From NCBI GenBank assembly GCA_005843805.1, contig SZXY01000155.1, positions 20,717-84,716 of the forward strand: a stretch of DNA of 64,000 bases, given 5' to 3'. Below, one piece after another: positions 28,781 through 40,182 of the stretch. Origin of the DNA: Chlorobium sp. GTDB lineage: Bacteria; Bacteroidota; Chlorobiia; Chlorobiales; Chlorobiaceae. The position numbers were made by a program, and so were the translations under genes. Numbering within the stretch: position 1 is the stretch's first letter; each line of letters begins with the position of its first letter. The notes beneath the pieces are model-generated. The model worked only from the letters and a program-made list of their open reading frames with translations, did no database searches and was not told the origin of the DNA.

Positions 28781-30301
28781 ATGATAAAAAAGCTGCCTGT
28801 AGGCATACAGACCTTCCGAACCATAATCGAAGGAGATTATCTCTACATCGATAAAACGGAGATTGGCCGTGTATTGATAGAGAACTATCGCTATGTTTTT
28901 CTGGCGAGGCCAAGGCGGTTCGGCAAAAGCCTCTTTCTCGATACGCTGAAAAATATTTTCGAAGGGAAACGTGAGCTTTTCCGGGGGCTTTTGATTGAGA
29001 AGCTATGGAACTGGGAGGTAAAGTATCCGGTCATCAAGATAAGTTTCAGTGGCGGGATTCACTCAAGGAGTGATCTTGAGGAGGATTTGTTGCACATACT
29101 CAAATCCAATCAGGAGCGACTTGGCCTGGAGTGTGAAAACACATCAAAAGCGAAATACTTGTTTGCGGAATTAATCAAAAAAGCATTTCAAAAATATCAT
29201 CAAAAAGTTGTTGTTCTCGTTGATGAGTATGACAAACCGATTTTGGACAATCTGGAGAATATCTCTGAGGCACTTGTCATCAGGGACGGGATGCGTGACT
29301 TTTACACTAAAATCAAGGAGAACGACGAGTATCTGCGCTTTGCGTTTCTCACCGGGGTGAGCAAATTCTCCAAAGTGTCGCTTTTCAGCGGTCTGAACAA
29401 TCTTGAAGACATCAGCCTGAATCCTGACTATGGAGCGGTCTGCGGCTACACCCAGCTCGATGTGGAAACCGCTTTTGCCCCCTATCTTGAGGGTGTTGAT
29501 ATGGAACAGGTCAAACGGTGGTACAATGGATATAACTTTTTGGGTGAGACAGTTTATAACCCTTATGATATTCTGCTCTTTATCAAGAACAGATTTGTGT
29601 TTGACAATTACTGGTTTGAAACCGGTACGCCGCGTTTCCTGGTTGAGTTGATCAAAAAAAACCGCTATTTCATCCCTGATTTATCCAATATCAAAGTTGA
29701 CAAGAGTCTGGTCAACAGCTTTGATATCGAGACCCTCAATCTGGAAACCATTCTCTTTCAAACCGGCTATTTGACCATCAAGCGATTGCTGCCAACAGGC
29801 ATGGGTGTTGGATACGAGTTGGGATTTCCCAACAAGGAGGTGCAGATCAGTTTTAATGAATATATTTTGCGTTCGGTGACCAGCGGCTCACATAAAGAGC
29901 CCATTCGCCATGAGCTGCTTGATCTCCTCAACGCTGGCGATGCCGAAGGTCTGGAAGCCGTTATCAGGCGCCTTTTTGCAAGCATCGCCTACAATAATTT
30001 CACCAATAACTCTATTCAAGGGTACGAGGGCTTTTACGCCAGCGTACTCTATGCCTATTTTGCAAGTCTCGGAGTAGAGATCATCGCCGAGGATGTCAGC
30101 AACAAGGGCAGAATTGACCTGACACTGAAGGTCGAAGGAATCACCTGGCTGTTTGAATTCAAGGTAACCGACAAGGAACCGCTGGAGCAGATCAAAACAA
30201 TGAAATATTACGAAAAATACTCCGGAGAACGATACCTGATTGGCATCGTCTTTGACCCAAAGGAAAGAAATGTCAACAAGTTTGAATGGGAAAAACTCTG
30301 A
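28781..30301 (+). CDS. AAA-ATPase-like protein with C-terminal PD-(D/E)xK nuclease domain
   Basis: KLPVGIQTF, YLYIDKT, ARPRRFGKSL, VLVDEYDKP, FLTGVSKF, YNGYNF, YWFETGTP and GRIDL...FEFK. Confidence 0.92.
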   Translation: MIKKLPVGIQTFRTIIEGDYLYIDKTEIGRVLIENYRYVFLARPRRFGKSLFLDTLKNIFEGKRELFRGLLIEKLWNWEVKYPVIKISFSGGIHSRSDLEEDLLHILKSNQERLGLECENTSKAKYLFAELIKKAFQKYHQKVVVLVDEYDKPILDNLENISEALVIRDGMRDFYTKIKENDEYLRFAFLTGVSKFSKVSLFSGLNNLEDISLNPDYGAVCGYTQLDVETAFAPYLEGVDMEQVKRWYNGYNFLGETVYNPYDILLFIKNRFVFDNYWFETGTPRFLVELIKKNRYFIPDLSNIKVDKSLVNSFDIETLNLETILFQTGYLTIKRLLPTGMGVGYELGFPNKEVQISFNEYILRSVTSGSHKEPIRHELLDLLNAGDAEGLEAVIRRLFASIAYNNFTNNSIQGYEGFYASVLYAYFASLGVEIIAEDVSNKGRIDLTLKVEGITWLFEFKVTDKEPLEQIKTMKYYEKYSGERYLIGIVFDPKERNVNKFEWEKL

Positions 30302-30409
30302 GTGAACTGATGAAACTGCGATTCCAGCAATAAAAGCAACACGTAAAGCCCTGGCCCTGTGCGCCGCTTAAGCGGTTGTTAAGTGACGCAAAGGGAGTGG
30401 CAACAGCTC

Positions 30410-31183
30410 TTACAGGGAGTCTTGAACGATCTTTTCTTTTTCTGCAAAGAGCTTTGCAGAGAGAAACTCCCGGTTCATGCGGGCGATATTGACGACGGTG
30501 ATTCCTTTGGGACACTCCGCTTCGCAGGCATAGGTGTTGCTGCAGTTACCGAATCCAAGCTCGTCCATGCAGGCTACCATCTTTTCAACCCTCTTGGCGG
30601 CTTCAACCCTTCCCTGGGGAAGCAGGGCGAGATGTGATACCTTGGCGCCGATAAAGAGCATGGCTGCTGCATTTGAACAGGCTGCAACGCATGCACCGCA
30701 GCCGATACAGGTGGCTGCATCAAACGCAGCATCGGACTTTTCCTTGGGGACCGGAATGGTATTGGCATCCGGCACACCTCCGGTATTGACCGATACAAAG
30801 CCTCCAGCCTGAATGATTTTGTCAAAGGCACTGCGATCAACAATGAGATCCCTGATAACGGGAAATGCTTTTGCCCGCCAAGGTTCGACATTAATGGTCA
30901 CTCCATCCTTGAATGCTCGCATGTGAAGCTGGCAGGTGGTAACCCCCTTGACCGGCCCGTGAGGACGACCATTGATATAAAGACTGCATGTGCCGCAAAT
31001 ACCCTCCCGGCAATCGTGGTCAAAAGCAACCGGATCACCACCGCTTTCGATGAGCTGCTGGTTGAGGGTGTCGAGCATTTCGAAGAAAGAGCTGTCAGAA
31101 GAGATCCCTTTAACATTGTAGGAAACCATCTCTCCTTTAGCCGTCGCGTTTTTCTGTCGCCAGATCTTCAGCGTAAAGTTCAT
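30410..31183 (-). CDS. sdhB: Succinate dehydrogenase/fumarate reductase iron-sulfur subunit
   Basis: [24 protein letters not shown] and [13 protein letters not shown]. Confidence 0.96.
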   Translation of the reverse strand: MNFTLKIWRQKNATAKGEMVSYNVKGISSDSSFFEMLDTLNQQLIESGGDPVAFDHDCREGICGTCSLYINGRPHGPVKGVTTCQLHMRAFKDGVTINVEPWRAKAFPVIRDLIVDRSAFDKIIQAGGFVSVNTGGVPDANTIPVPKEKSDAAFDAATCIGCGACVAACSNAAAMLFIGAKVSHLALLPQGRVEAAKRVEKMVACMDELGFGNCSNTYACEAECPKGITVVNIARMNREFLSAKLFAEKEKIVQDSL

Positions 31184-31192
31184 AATATCCTG

Positions 31193-33133
31193 TTATTTAT
31201 AGCTCCGCTGGGAGAGCTTGATCTCTTTGAATTGAAGTTCTTCCCGGTGCAGTGCTGCCGCAGCATCACGACCCTTGTATTCCCATGCACCGACAAAGGC
31301 AAATTCCTCGTCGTTGCGTAATGCTTCGCCTTCACTGGTCTGGTACTCCTCCCTGAAGTGGCCTCCGCATGATTCCCGTCGTTGCTGGGCGTCACGCACC
31401 ATGAGCTGACCAAGTTCGATAAAATCACCAACCCTGCATGCTTTTTCGAGTTCAGGATTGTATTCATCCAGTCCTCCTGGTATCCGTACCCCTCTGGAAT
31501 ATTCCTGACGCAGTTCGGTAAGCTGATAGAGCGCTTCGGTAAGGCCTGCATCGTTTCGAGCCATTCCGCAATACTCCCACATGATCTTGCCAAGACGACG
31601 ATGGAACGAATCGACAGACTCTTTGCCGCCACAGTTTTTGATCTGCTTCAGGCGATCAGTGACCCCTTCGGCAGCAAGCTTGAATTCTGAAGAGGAGGTA
31701 TCGAAGCGTGGTGTATGAATTTCAGCCGAGAGATAGTTACCGATGGTATAGGGAAGCACGAAATAACCGTCGGCAAGACCCTGCATAAGCGCTGAAGCTC
31801 CAAGCCGGTTGGCTCCGTGGTCTGAAAAGTTGCATTCACCGATGGCATAGAGACCCGGAACAGTGGTCATCAATTCATAGTCAACCCAAAGACCACCCAT
31901 TGTGTAATGGACTGCCGGGTAGATCATCATCGGCGTTTCATAAGGGCTTTCGGCAACAATCTGCTCGTACATCTGGAAAAGGTTGCCATAGAGGGAATCA
32001 ATGGCGTCATGCCCCTTGCGTTTGATGGCATCGGCAAAGTCAAGAAAAACAGCCACACCGGTGCTGCCGACACCGAAACCGGCATCACAGCGCTCTTTTG
32101 CTGCTCTTGAAGCTACATCCCTCGGTACAAGATTACCAAATGCAGGATAACGACGCTCAAGATAGTAGTCACGGTCCGCTTCCGCTATATCGGAAGGCTT
32201 GATCTCTTTGTTTCTGAGTTTTTCGACATCTTTCATCTTGGCCGGTACCCATATCCTGCCATCGTTACGCAGGCTTTCACTCATGAGGGTCAGCTTCGAC
32301 TGGGCATCTCCATGAACAGGAATGCAGGTCGGATGGATCTGGGTAAACGATGGATTTGCAAACATCGCACCTTTCCTGTAGGCACTCCATGCCGGTGTTA
32401 CGTTGGAGCCCATTGCATTGGTCGAGAGAAAGAAGACATTGCCGTATCCACCGCTGGCAATAACCACAGCATGTGCGGCATGACGCTCTATTTCGCCGGT
32501 AACGAGGTTACGGGCAATAACTCCCCGAGCTTTTCCATCGACAAGTACCATATCAAGCACATCACGACGGTTGCAAAGCGTTACACTGCCTGCGGCTATC
32601 TGACGGCTGAGGGCGCTGTAGGCACCGAGCAGCAACTGCTGTCCGGTCTGACCACGCGCATAAAAAGTTCTCGAAACCTGTGCACCACCAAAAGAACGGT
32701 TGGTCAGAAGACCACCATATTCACGGGCAAACGGAACTCCCTGAGCTACACAAAGATCGATAATCTGATTGCTGACTTCGGCAAGACGGTATACATTGGC
32801 CTCTCGTGCCCGATAATCTCCACCTTTGATCGTGTCATAAAACAAACGGTAGGCACTGTCCCCGTCGTTTGGATAATTTTTGGCAGCGTTGATTCCTCCC
32901 TGCGCGGCAATACTGTGGGCGCGACGCGGTGTATCCTGATAGCAGAACACTTTGACATTGTAACCGAGCTGCCCGAGCGATGAGGCGGCTGAGGCGCCGG
33001 CAAGGCCGGTACCGATCACAATGATGTCAAGTTTGCGTTTGTTGTTGGGGTTTACCAGCTTGCTGCCCGATTTGTAGGCGGTCCATTTCTCTGCTACCGG
33101 CCCTTCAGGAATTCTGGCGTTAAGGCGTGTCAT
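31193..33133 (-). CDS. sdhA: Succinate dehydrogenase/fumarate reductase flavoprotein subunit
   Basis: [20 protein letters not shown] (FAD His), QIHPT, HYTMGG and HGANRLG. Start MTRLNARIP at 33133. Confidence 0.96.
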   Translation of the reverse strand: MTRLNARIPEGPVAEKWTAYKSGSKLVNPNNKRKLDIIVIGTGLAGASAASSLGQLGYNVKVFCYQDTPRRAHSIAAQGGINAAKNYPNDGDSAYRLFYDTIKGGDYRAREANVYRLAEVSNQIIDLCVAQGVPFAREYGGLLTNRSFGGAQVSRTFYARGQTGQQLLLGAYSALSRQIAAGSVTLCNRRDVLDMVLVDGKARGVIARNLVTGEIERHAAHAVVIASGGYGNVFFLSTNAMGSNVTPAWSAYRKGAMFANPSFTQIHPTCIPVHGDAQSKLTLMSESLRNDGRIWVPAKMKDVEKLRNKEIKPSDIAEADRDYYLERRYPAFGNLVPRDVASRAAKERCDAGFGVGSTGVAVFLDFADAIKRKGHDAIDSLYGNLFQMYEQIVAESPYETPMMIYPAVHYTMGGLWVDYELMTTVPGLYAIGECNFSDHGANRLGASALMQGLADGYFVLPYTIGNYLSAEIHTPRFDTSSSEFKLAAEGVTDRLKQIKNCGGKESVDSFHRRLGKIMWEYCGMARNDAGLTEALYQLTELRQEYSRGVRIPGGLDEYNPELEKACRVGDFIELGQLMVRDAQQRRESCGGHFREEYQTSEGEALRNDEEFAFVGAWEYKGRDAAAALHREELQFKEIKLSQRSYK

Positions 33134-33191
33134 TGAAAAGTGTTGTGAGTGTTGTTTTCGCTGAAAAACACAGTCGTTATCGTTGGTTACG

Positions 33192-33854
33192 TTACTTGAA
33201 AAACAAGATGCAAAGTGGCACCAGGCTGAAGCCTGCGGCAATAAATACCGAGTAGGCTGAGCCGATAAACTTTACCGCGCCCATATATTTGCTGTGGTTC
33301 CAGCCAAGGGTCTGAATTGCTGACTGAATGGCATGGTTGAGATGAATACCAAGAAAAATAAAGCAGACAATGTAGAGCAGTGAATACCAGGGAGTTGAAA
33401 AGAGGAGCAGTGTACGATGATAGAAGTCGTGGCTTTCAATACCGGGAGGCGGTGCCACAAGGCCTATCTTGATAAAGTAGAAATCAATAAAATGCAGGAC
33501 AAGAAAGAGGAAAACAATAATGCCCGTATGGAACATGTACTTGGAAAAGAACGAGGTGTCAGAATTGTTGCTGCACACGTAGGGTGAGGGTCGCGCCGCG
33601 CGGTTCTGGAAAGAGACCAGTACACCGAAAAGTATATGAAGCAGAAATCCTGCAAAAAGCACAATCTCAAAAACCTTGATAAGGGGATTGGTACCCATAA
33701 AGGTTGCGGCTGCCGAGAAAGTACGACCTCCATCATCCCGGAGAAGCATCAGGTTGATGCCGAGATGAACGCATAAAAAAGTTACCAGAAAAAGCCCTGC
33801 AAGCGCCATGAGCACTTTTTTGGTAATGGATGAATACAATAACATAGTGTTCAT
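33192..33854 (-). CDS. sdhC: Succinate dehydrogenase/fumarate reductase cytochrome b subunit
   Basis: [15 protein letters not shown]...HLGIN, five TM helices, several His heme ligands; operon context. Confidence 0.92.
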   Translation of the reverse strand: MNTMLLYSSITKKVLMALAGLFLVTFLCVHLGINLMLLRDDGGRTFSAAATFMGTNPLIKVFEIVLFAGFLLHILFGVLVSFQNRAARPSPYVCSNNSDTSFFSKYMFHTGIIVFLFLVLHFIDFYFIKIGLVAPPPGIESHDFYHRTLLLFSTPWYSLLYIVCFIFLGIHLNHAIQSAIQTLGWNHSKYMGAVKFIGSAYSVFIAAGFSLVPLCILFFK

Positions 33855-33955
33855 GCAATGGTTATTTCGATGTAAAAGAACAGCGGATTATCTCCTTTGG
33901 GCCTAAAGGTAATGTTCCCTTTTTTAACTTCCAATAAAAAAATCACATTTACTGG

Positions 33956-34597
33956 CTAAGAATGAATAAAAGCCACTGCTCTGACAGGTGAGGCTTCAGC
34001 CTTGACGATTTTCAGTGGAAAACAGCAAAAGGTAAATGCATGGAACATAAGCGGCAGAAGGGAAGCAAGATTCTCGATAATGACCAGGCCGTTCTGAAGC
34101 AGCAACCTGTGAACCGGAAAATCAGCAGAGTCAGGCTGATCGAGCGAGATCATATCCACACCAATGCCTTTCAGCCCCAATCCGGCAAGCCACCTGGCGG
34201 CATCGTTAGAAAGCACTGGATAATTCCTGAAATAATCTGAACTCCCCCAATAGTCGCTCCACCCTGAGCAGAGCAGAACAAACTCACACTCTTTGATGAT
34301 TGATTGGAAGGGCTGAAGATCACCTGTGCCAATAATCCCTCCACTGACAGCACGAACATCGATCACCACTCCTTTGCCGGCAAACCGTTCGATACCAAAG
34401 GCATCGAGTGAGGCTCCCGAAGAAATGATATGGGAAGGCAGATCGACATGGGTGCCGGTATGGGATGAAATGGTCAAAAGCTGCTCGGCAAAACCCTCTT
34501 CTTCAATCAAGGAGAGCGGATGGAACTCCGGTTCGGGAGTACCTGGATAGCAGGGCATACCTTGCTCGATATTATGGCTCAGATCAATCAGTTGCAT
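33956..34597 (-). CDS. Cyclase family protein (kynurenine formamidase-like)
   Basis: IDLSH, HTGTHVDLP, GIGVDMISLD, HRLLL...IIENL and SPVRAVA. Confidence 0.92.
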   Translation of the reverse strand: MQLIDLSHNIEQGMPCYPGTPEPEFHPLSLIEEEGFAEQLLTISSHTGTHVDLPSHIISSGASLDAFGIERFAGKGVVIDVRAVSGGIIGTGDLQPFQSIIKECEFVLLCSGWSDYWGSSDYFRNYPVLSNDAARWLAGLGLKGIGVDMISLDQPDSADFPVHRLLLQNGLVIIENLASLLPLMFHAFTFCCFPLKIVKAEASPVRAVAFIHS

Positions 34598-34730
34598 CGC
34601 GTTCTCTCACTCTGTTTCAGGGTGAACGGCAAGAAATGCTGCAAACAGGCGTGCAGAGCAACCCTGACAACACTCTGCATCGGGTTCAGCACATCAAGTT
34701 AGAAAAAAGGACTACTCTTTGTCCAGGAAA

Positions 34731-35507
34731 TCAAACCAGCTCTCCTTTTTGACTGATTCTTCCAGAAATATAGTCCGTAATAACCCGAACTACTCTCTCT
34801 CGTTCACAATCACAAAAGATCTGGTGATCGGAAAGCTCCAGCCAGAGGATGGACTTTTCTGAAAAACCGGTAGCGATCAGGTTGTAAAGTATGGTGGCAC
34901 TTTCCGGCAAAACGGTGCTTTCCCGGCGATTATGAACAATCAGAACCGGTACATTGACACGATCGATCAGTGTCAGACTTTTTTTGATCAGCTCGAAAAA
35001 AGAGATAATCGCATCTGTCGGCACCCATGCATAATGAGGAACACAGCCTGGTATGCTTGCTCCGGAATACACCGCTTTTAAATTCCATTTTTTTATAACC
35101 CGGCTGACAAAGTGTGCAGCAAAATGCAGGGGACGACCCGGAGCAAAAAGGGAAACAAGCTTGAGGGCCGGTGTGGCAAGCACGAGCGAATCAACCACTC
35201 CCTGGTATCGAACTGCAAGATTGATTGCAATGAGAGCCCCCATGCTATGGCCAATCACAATAATTCGCTCTGCCTCAAGAGAGAGATCCTGAAACGCCCG
35301 ATCGGCATCGGCCATCCAGGCTTCCCATCCCACTCCCCGTAACGCTTCCGGCGATGATGCGCCATGACCTGCAAGCAAAGGCATCCTCAGCGGAATGCCA
35401 AGTTCCTGGAGGGGCTTGCACAATGCACTCACGCTATCGAGCGTTCCGGTAAAGCCGTGAAAGACAAGAACGCCGAAAGGAGATCGTGCTTTATTTTGTT
35501 CCGTCAT
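34731..35507 (-). CDS. Alpha/beta hydrolase (carboxylesterase-like)
   Basis: FHGFTG, LAGHG, GHSMG nucleophile and C-terminal SDH. Confidence 0.88.
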   Translation of the reverse strand: MTEQNKARSPFGVLVFHGFTGTLDSVSALCKPLQELGIPLRMPLLAGHGASSPEALRGVGWEAWMADADRAFQDLSLEAERIIVIGHSMGALIAINLAVRYQGVVDSLVLATPALKLVSLFAPGRPLHFAAHFVSRVIKKWNLKAVYSGASIPGCVPHYAWVPTDAIISFFELIKKSLTLIDRVNVPVLIVHNRRESTVLPESATILYNLIATGFSEKSILWLELSDHQIFCDCERERVVRVITDYISGRISQKGELV

Positions 35508-35674
35508 AATGGTATTTCAAAAAATCCCGTAATAGCTTGCTGCCAATATAAGCAGAGCGGCCAACCCAATGAAATCACTCTTCAGAAGATCCCTCAATGA
35601 AACAACACTGTTATAGGAGAAATTCCTGTAAAATGGCTATTTTTAACTAAAATGAGAGTAATGAAAACAAGGCC

Positions 35675-36181
35675 ATGCGCAAGATTTATTTAACGGGATG
35701 TCTGCTGTTGCCGCTGCTGTTCAGTTCGTGCACATCGTCACGAGCGCCTTTTTCGGGAAATGATATCAGAGGGATTTCACCCGAGGATGCCTATAGACTG
35801 GGTAAAATCAAAAACACTCCCTACATCATGAACGGCAGGGTTTATGTTCCCATGAACTATGAAGAAGCGCTTGCTTACGAGGAAACAGGAACCGCTTCGT
35901 GGTACGGAAAGGAGACTCTTGAGCAGCATAACGGGCAGTTGACGGCTTACGGAGAAGTTTTCGATCCCTCAAGACCAAGTGCCGCGCACAAATACCTTCC
36001 TCTGCCCTCTCTTGTACGGGTAACCAATCTCGATACTCGAGCATCTATTATAGTCCGGGTCAACGACCGGGGCCCGTTTGTCGACGACCGGGTTATCGAT
36101 CTGAGCGAAGAAGCGGCCAAAAGACTTGGATTTTTTGAAAAGGGCACGGCAAAAGTCAAAATTGAGGTCATCTCGCGCTGA
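35675..36181 (+). CDS. rlpA: Septal ring lytic transglycosylase RlpA family lipoprotein
   Basis: Lipobox LFSSC; GTASWYG, AAHKYLPLP, VRVNDRGPF and RVIDLS. Confidence 0.92.
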   Translation: MRKIYLTGCLLLPLLFSSCTSSRAPFSGNDIRGISPEDAYRLGKIKNTPYIMNGRVYVPMNYEEALAYEETGTASWYGKETLEQHNGQLTAYGEVFDPSRPSAAHKYLPLPSLVRVTNLDTRASIIVRVNDRGPFVDDRVIDLSEEAAKRLGFFEKGTAKVKIEVISR

Positions 36182-36336
36182 CGGCAGGATTCAGCAGTGA
36201 AGAGCCTCATTCTGAACGACTGCTGGCCAGGGAATATGGGTGAGAGAGGGTAGTAAACCAAGTCAGGAGAGGTCTGTGAAAAGAACATCTCTGCCCGTTC
36301 AAGCACCAGAGAGATGCTGAAAGGGCAGAAGTGCAG

Positions 36337-37005
36337 TTACTTTTTCATGACCGACGCATCTTCCATAAACTTTTTAAGCCCGAGATCGGTCAAAGGATGA
36401 TTGGCAAGCTGGCGGATCACGCTGAAGGGAATGGTTGCAATATCTGCACCAACCATTGCGGAGTCCACGACATGCTGGGGATGACGCACACTGGCAACAA
36501 TCACCTGGGTCAAAAAACCATAGTTGTCATAAATACGGACAATCTGCTCGACAAGCGCCATTCCTTCAGTGCTGATATCATCAAGTCGGCCAACAAAAGG
36601 GCTGACATAGCTCGCACCAGCTTTGGCAGCAAGAAGTGCCTGGTTGGGTGAAAAAACCAGTGTGGCATTGGTTGGAATGCCCTGCTCTGAAAAATGCCGT
36701 ATAGCCTTGAGACCATTGATGGTCAGCGGACATTTGATAACCACGTTTTCGTGAATTGCCGCAAGCTCCTCACCCTCGACAATCATCTCCTCGGCATTAA
36801 GACAGGTCACCTCGGCACTCACAGGACCATCGACAATGTCACATATCCTGGCAATATGATCCTTGAAATCCCGATAGGTAAAATTGGACGAATCACCAAC
36901 AATTTTTGCAATAAGCGAAGGGTTGGTGGTCACACCGTCAAGCAAGCCAAGCTCTCTTGCTGCGAGAATTTCGTCAAGATTGGCTGTATCGATAAAAAAT
37001 TTCAT
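36337..37005 (-). CDS. Transaldolase / fructose-6-phosphate aldolase family
   Basis: [41 protein letters not shown] and ASVRHP. Confidence 0.95.
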   Translation of the reverse strand: MKFFIDTANLDEILAARELGLLDGVTTNPSLIAKIVGDSSNFTYRDFKDHIARICDIVDGPVSAEVTCLNAEEMIVEGEELAAIHENVVIKCPLTINGLKAIRHFSEQGIPTNATLVFSPNQALLAAKAGASYVSPFVGRLDDISTEGMALVEQIVRIYDNYGFLTQVIVASVRHPQHVVDSAMVGADIATIPFSVIRQLANHPLTDLGLKKFMEDASVMKK

Positions 37006-37015
37006 TGGTTGCTCC

Positions 37016-38065
37016 TCAAGCGTTTACCTTTTGTTGATCGAGCATGGCATTGAAGTTCCTGGCCTTGCGTCCTTCCCAATTACGTTTGTGGTAGGCATAA
37101 CCGGCGATAAGCGGCAAAGCGATGGTTGCTTCGGCAAAGACCATCTGCTCGTGAACAGTATCAACCTTGCCCCATGAGCTGGCCTCCTTGAGGGTCGAGC
37201 CGGAAAGAGCACCGTCACGCTCATCGGCAACCGTGATCTGTACAGCATAAGTATGCATCGAAACATCCTCGTAACCGAGAACTTCAGCCGCAACAACGAT
37301 ATCCTGGGTAAAGTTTTTCGGAACACCACCACCGATCATGAAAATACCGGTTTTGTCATTCTCTATCTTGATTCTGGTAAGTTCACGAAAATCCTTTACA
37401 GAGTCAATTGCCACATGCTTTTCGGGATTGTTCCACTGATGATGCACCAGCCCGAAACCTGCCGAGCAGTCGGAAAACGCTGGACAGAAAATCGGTACGC
37501 CCTTTTCATAAGCCTTATAGACAATCGAGTTTTTATCGTGATTGTTTGCCTCGATATATCTGGCCATTTCAACAATGAACTCCCGTGATGAATAGACTCC
37601 AGGCTGCATTGAATTGGCAATGATCGCCGTTGTTTCATCACAAACGCGCAGATCATCTTCATCGATATAGGTGTCATAGATGCGGTCGATATGCATCTCT
37701 CTGAGAATGGCATCATCAATAAAGGGAGTCCCCTTGTAGTGACGAAAGCCAAGTGCTTCAAAAAAGTCCTGGTCAACAATATTTGCCCCGGTCGAAACAA
37801 TGGCATCCACCATGTGACTGTCGATCATGTCAATGATCACCTGCTTCAATCCTGCGCTTATCAATGAACCGGCAAGAGTTAAAATAACGGCGCACTCCTT
37901 GTCCTGCTGCATAAGATCAACAATTGATGCCGCTCTCCAGAGATTCCTTGCCTGGAAAGCAGTCTCGCCCATCTGGTCAATAAGAGGAACTATATTGAGT
38001 TGTTTAATATCAATATGGCGGATCGGTGCTGAGAGAAACTCCTCTTTTCTGACTCCTGATTCCAT
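37016..38065 (-). CDS. Deoxyhypusine synthase-like protein (probable homospermidine synthase)
   Basis: [40 protein letters not shown] and EASSWGK (active Lys). Start 38065 or 38080. Confidence 0.88.
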   Translation of the reverse strand: MESGVRKEEFLSAPIRHIDIKQLNIVPLIDQMGETAFQARNLWRAASIVDLMQQDKECAVILTLAGSLISAGLKQVIIDMIDSHMVDAIVSTGANIVDQDFFEALGFRHYKGTPFIDDAILREMHIDRIYDTYIDEDDLRVCDETTAIIANSMQPGVYSSREFIVEMARYIEANNHDKNSIVYKAYEKGVPIFCPAFSDCSAGFGLVHHQWNNPEKHVAIDSVKDFRELTRIKIENDKTGIFMIGGGVPKNFTQDIVVAAEVLGYEDVSMHTYAVQITVADERDGALSGSTLKEASSWGKVDTVHEQMVFAEATIALPLIAGYAYHKRNWEGRKARNFNAMLDQQKVNA

Positions 38066-38104
38066 AACGACTCCCGACACGGTTAAAAGTGACTAAATAA
38101 AAAA

Positions 38105-38206
38105 AGAGAGTAAGCTTACTATATCACACACTCAAATTACCGGATGCTGCTTCCTTCCGGACCTGACATGGTTGGGCAAGTGAATGTTGTATAGGACTTA
38201 CTCTCT
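38105..38206 (-). ncRNA. ffs: Signal recognition particle RNA (4.5S, small bacterial SRP)
   Basis: Minus strand contains TCAGGTCCGGAAGGAAGCAGC (SRP domain IV); termini AGAGAGTAAG...CTTACTCTCT pair and are followed by a T tract; 102 nt. Confidence 0.95.
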
Positions 38207-38415
38207 ATAATATCTTCTTTCCGACCTTTCTTTTTTTATAAAGAAATCGAAACAAGTTGCATAATATAGCGCAACGAAAGCAAAAAAACAAACAAAGCTC
38301 TTTTATCTTTCTCTGAACTGTTATAACTTCTCAGGCACTCGGAGCCTTGTGTATAAACCGACCTTGCCTGAATCCACAGCCTTTGCTGGGGGTTGAGAGC
38401 GGCAAAAATCATCTT

Positions 38416-39441
38416 ATGGGAACACAGCGAATTTTAAGCGGGATGCGGCCTACCGGCCAACTCCATCTCGGACACTATACCGGAGCTCTTGAAAACTGGG
38501 TAGAGCAACAGAATCTGCTTGCCAGTGACGGATCGAGAATTTATGAGACATGCTTCCTCATTGCCGACTATCACAACCTGACGACCTCTCTTGACACCAC
38601 CGAAATCTATCACCATACCATCGACATGCTTATCGACTGGCTTGCTGCAGGTGTCGATCCCGAAAAAAGCCCTGTTTTCCGCCAGTCACAGATCAAGGAA
38701 CATGCCGAACTCTTTCTGCTTTTTGCCATGCTTATCACCTCGGCACGACTCGAAAGAAACCCGACACTGAAGGAACAGGTCCGCGACCTGAATATGGAGT
38801 CACTGGTCTACGGCCATCTTGGTTACCCTGTACTGCAGGCCGCCGATATCCTTCTCTATAAAGGCAACGTTGTTCCTGTAGGAGAAGACCAGATCCCCCA
38901 TGTGGAGATCACCAGGGAGATTGCACGCAAATTCAACAATCACTATCCTCATCCCGTTACCGGAGATGTATTCCCTGAACCGGAGCCGAAAATCACCAAA
39001 TTCTCGCGCCTTCTTGGCCTTGACGGAAAGACAAAAATGTCAAAGTCTCTCGGTAATACCATTCTCCTGGCAGATGGCCCGGATGAGATCATGCAAAAAA
39101 TGCGTTCAGCGGTCACCGACAGAGAGAAAATCCGCAAAAACGATCCCGGGCACCCTGAAGTCTGTACAGTCTTCAGTTACCATGCAAAATTCGCTTCTCC
39201 GCAGCAACTCTCAAGCATAGAGGAAGATTGCCGTGCCGGCCTGCTTGGCTGTGTCGATTGCAAAAAACTTTGTGCGGCCAACATTTCCAGTGAGCTGGCA
39301 CCACTGCTTGAAAAACGGCGCTATTATGAAGCTCATACCGATCTTGTAAAAAGCATTCTTCATGAAGGAGAAATAAAGGCCAAAGTCATCGCCGAGAGTA
39401 CCATGAAGGAAGTGAGAACAGCCATGAGGCTTGGCGAATAA
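38416..39441 (+). CDS. trpS: Tryptophan--tRNA ligase
   Basis: SGMRPTGQLHLGHY, YPVLQAADILLY, VPVGEDQ and KMSKS. Confidence 0.97.
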   Translation: MGTQRILSGMRPTGQLHLGHYTGALENWVEQQNLLASDGSRIYETCFLIADYHNLTTSLDTTEIYHHTIDMLIDWLAAGVDPEKSPVFRQSQIKEHAELFLLFAMLITSARLERNPTLKEQVRDLNMESLVYGHLGYPVLQAADILLYKGNVVPVGEDQIPHVEITREIARKFNNHYPHPVTGDVFPEPEPKITKFSRLLGLDGKTKMSKSLGNTILLADGPDEIMQKMRSAVTDREKIRKNDPGHPEVCTVFSYHAKFASPQQLSSIEEDCRAGLLGCVDCKKLCAANISSELAPLLEKRRYYEAHTDLVKSILHEGEIKAKVIAESTMKEVRTAMRLGE

Positions 39442-39468
39442 ACCTCCCCTGAAAAATCTGTTACCCGA

Positions 39469-40149
39469 ATGCCAGATAACACAAAACGTGCCTTTATTTT
39501 CGATATGGATGGAGTGCTGACCGATAACATGCGCCTCCATGCCGATTCATGGGTAGAACTGTTCAGGGATTTCGGCCTTGAAGGACTTGATGCCGAGCGC
39601 TATCTGGTTGAAACCGCAGGAATGAAAGGCCTCGATGTCCTCCGCTACTTCCTCGATCCGGAGATCAGTGAGGCTGAAGCCCATCGCCTTACGGAACTCA
39701 AGGATTTTCTCTACCGCATCATGTCGCGCGAACTCATCAAACCCATGGCTGGTCTCAAGGATTTTCTCGATGAAGCTGAAGAACGCAACATCCTTCTTGG
39801 CATTGGCACTGGCGCTGGCCCCCGAAATATTACCTATGTGCTCGGACTCCTGAACCTTGGCGATAAATTCAGCGCCATCGTTGACCCTTTTCAGGTCAGT
39901 CACGGCAAACCACACCCTGATATCTTTTTGAAAGTCGCCGAACTTCTGGAGGTACCACCTTCGGAGTGCATAGTGTTCGAAGATGCCTTGCCAGGTGTCG
40001 AGGCCGCCAGCCGGGCAGGCATGAAGTGTGTTGCCGTAACGACGACCAACAGTGCCGAAGCGTTCAGAAAATTTGACAATGTTGTGCAAGTCATCGACGA
40101 TTTTACCCGGCTTTGCCCCGACAAGCTCTTTGCAAAAAACCAACAATGA
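39469..40149 (+). CDS. HAD family phosphatase (beta-phosphoglucomutase-like)
   Basis: FDMDGVL, GKPHPDIF and VFEDALPGVEAA. Confidence 0.9.
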   Translation: MPDNTKRAFIFDMDGVLTDNMRLHADSWVELFRDFGLEGLDAERYLVETAGMKGLDVLRYFLDPEISEAEAHRLTELKDFLYRIMSRELIKPMAGLKDFLDEAEERNILLGIGTGAGPRNITYVLGLLNLGDKFSAIVDPFQVSHGKPHPDIFLKVAELLEVPPSECIVFEDALPGVEAASRAGMKCVAVTTTNSAEAFRKFDNVVQVIDDFTRLCPDKLFAKNQQ

Positions 40150-40182
40150 GCAGCAACCTACTACCCTTTTACAAAGAAACAG

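Noticed and set aside
30340-30390. attC-like right half after the AAA-ATPase gene (GCCGCTTAAGCGGTT-GTTAAGT, fitting GTTRRRY)
   Set aside because: No matching RYYYAAC/L'' left half at the correct spacing, and no integron integrase in the window; more likely a palindrome between convergent genes.
36281-36330. Extended hairpin TCTGCCC…GGGCAGA between rlpA and the transaldolase
   Set aside because: Single copy between convergent genes, with no clear U tract; best explained as an ordinary 3'-end structure rather than a REP or sRNA.
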